Under the pieces are notes generated by a model. The model did no database searches. It saw only the letters and a program-made list of their open reading frames with translations, and was not told where the DNA came from. Shown here piece after piece: positions 63,920-64,000 of a DNA stretch of 64,000 nt; the first letter of the stretch is position 1, and each line of letters opens with the position of its first letter. A program made the translations under genes and the position numbers. Source of the stretch: an uncultured Tropicimonas sp. (GTDB lineage: Bacteria; Pseudomonadota; Alphaproteobacteria; Rhodobacterales; Rhodobacteraceae); the NCBI GenBank assembly GCA_947497945.1, contig CANMIP010000024.1, forward strand, positions 30,371 to 94,370. Reading direction: 5' to 3'.

Positions 63920-64000
63920 GATGTTATCTCCTGTTTCTGTCTGGTTTTCGTTTCGTTTGCATACCCTATATGGGCCTCATGTTAGCGCTAAACCAGCGCC

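Noticed and set aside
1-64000. Checked for CRISPR arrays, rRNA genes, long tandem repeats, toxin-antitoxin pairs and known defence-system gene signatures
   Set aside because: I saw no regularly spaced direct repeats, no rRNA-like sequence, and no nuclease, helicase, methylase, STAND or TIR-type gene combinations. The only RHH protein is paired with a ParA-type ATPase rather than with a toxin.

Overview
This is a GC-rich, densely coding segment that looks chromosomal and alphaproteobacterial (Rhodobacterales-like gene content, GC-rich third codon positions). Most long ORFs antisense to the genes below are GC artefacts. Gene content runs left to right as follows.

- **1-6.4 kb:** the 3' end of a ManD/galactonate-dehydratase-like enolase gene, then a family-5 (Opp/Dpp-type) ABC transporter.
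- **6.4-6.8 kb:** a short degraded low-GC segment.
- **6.9-22.7 kb:** a sugar-acid catabolic supercluster. It holds two CUT2-type sugar ABC transporters, an aldehyde dehydrogenase, a FadR-type GntR regulator, dgoK and dgoA. It also holds a mandelate-racemase-subgroup dehydratase and a two-subunit GMC flavoprotein dehydrogenase with no signal peptide.
- **22.7-24.1 kb:** a truncated integrase pseudogene next to tRNA-Leu(CAA).
- **24.1-27.4 kb:** a flavin monooxygenase with TRAP dctQM and no dctP.
- **27.9-32.9 kb:** an RND adaptor plus an oversized RND pump.
- **33-37 kb:** patatin-like lipase, bdhA, fructokinase and dtd.
- **37.2-40.5 kb:** the conserved but biochemically uncharacterised triad of circularly permuted ATP-grasp, alpha-E and transglutaminase.
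- **40.6-51.2 kb:** hemP, DUF1289, psuK-psuG, DUF502, M20 amidohydrolase, MarR, DUF3422, a beta-hydroxyacid dehydrogenase, and an L,D-transpeptidase with its DUF882 partner.
- **51.8-56.2 kb:** ubiT-ubiU-ubiV (O2-independent ubiquinone hydroxylation), a helical-domain methyltransferase, and ndk.
- **56.5-58.8 kb:** an EF-hand protein, an ECF sigma factor, a putative anti-sigma factor and a CpxP/Spy-like protein.
- **59-61.5 kb:** an operon of SDR, AlkD-like protein and GNAT.
- **61.7-63.9 kb:** a Hint-domain protein, a small ParF-like ParA preceded by an RHH ORF missing from the ORF track, and a DUF1127 small protein also missing from the track.

I found no CRISPR array, no rRNA, no intact mobile element and no recognisable defence system.

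The most interesting items are:
- a 15-bp inverted repeat shared by three promoter regions, a candidate GntR regulon operator;
- the cytoplasmic GMC dehydrogenase embedded in a De Ley-Doudoroff-type cluster;
- the ATP-grasp/alpha-E/transglutaminase system;
- the EF-hand/ECF module;
- the Hint protein whose canonical Cys1 position reads Ala;
- the RHH-ParA pair with an AT-rich repeat region;
- a 21-bp perfect inverted repeat with an alternative pairing partner at 48.4-48.55 kb.

All functional calls come from by-eye motif and family recognition. No searches were run.
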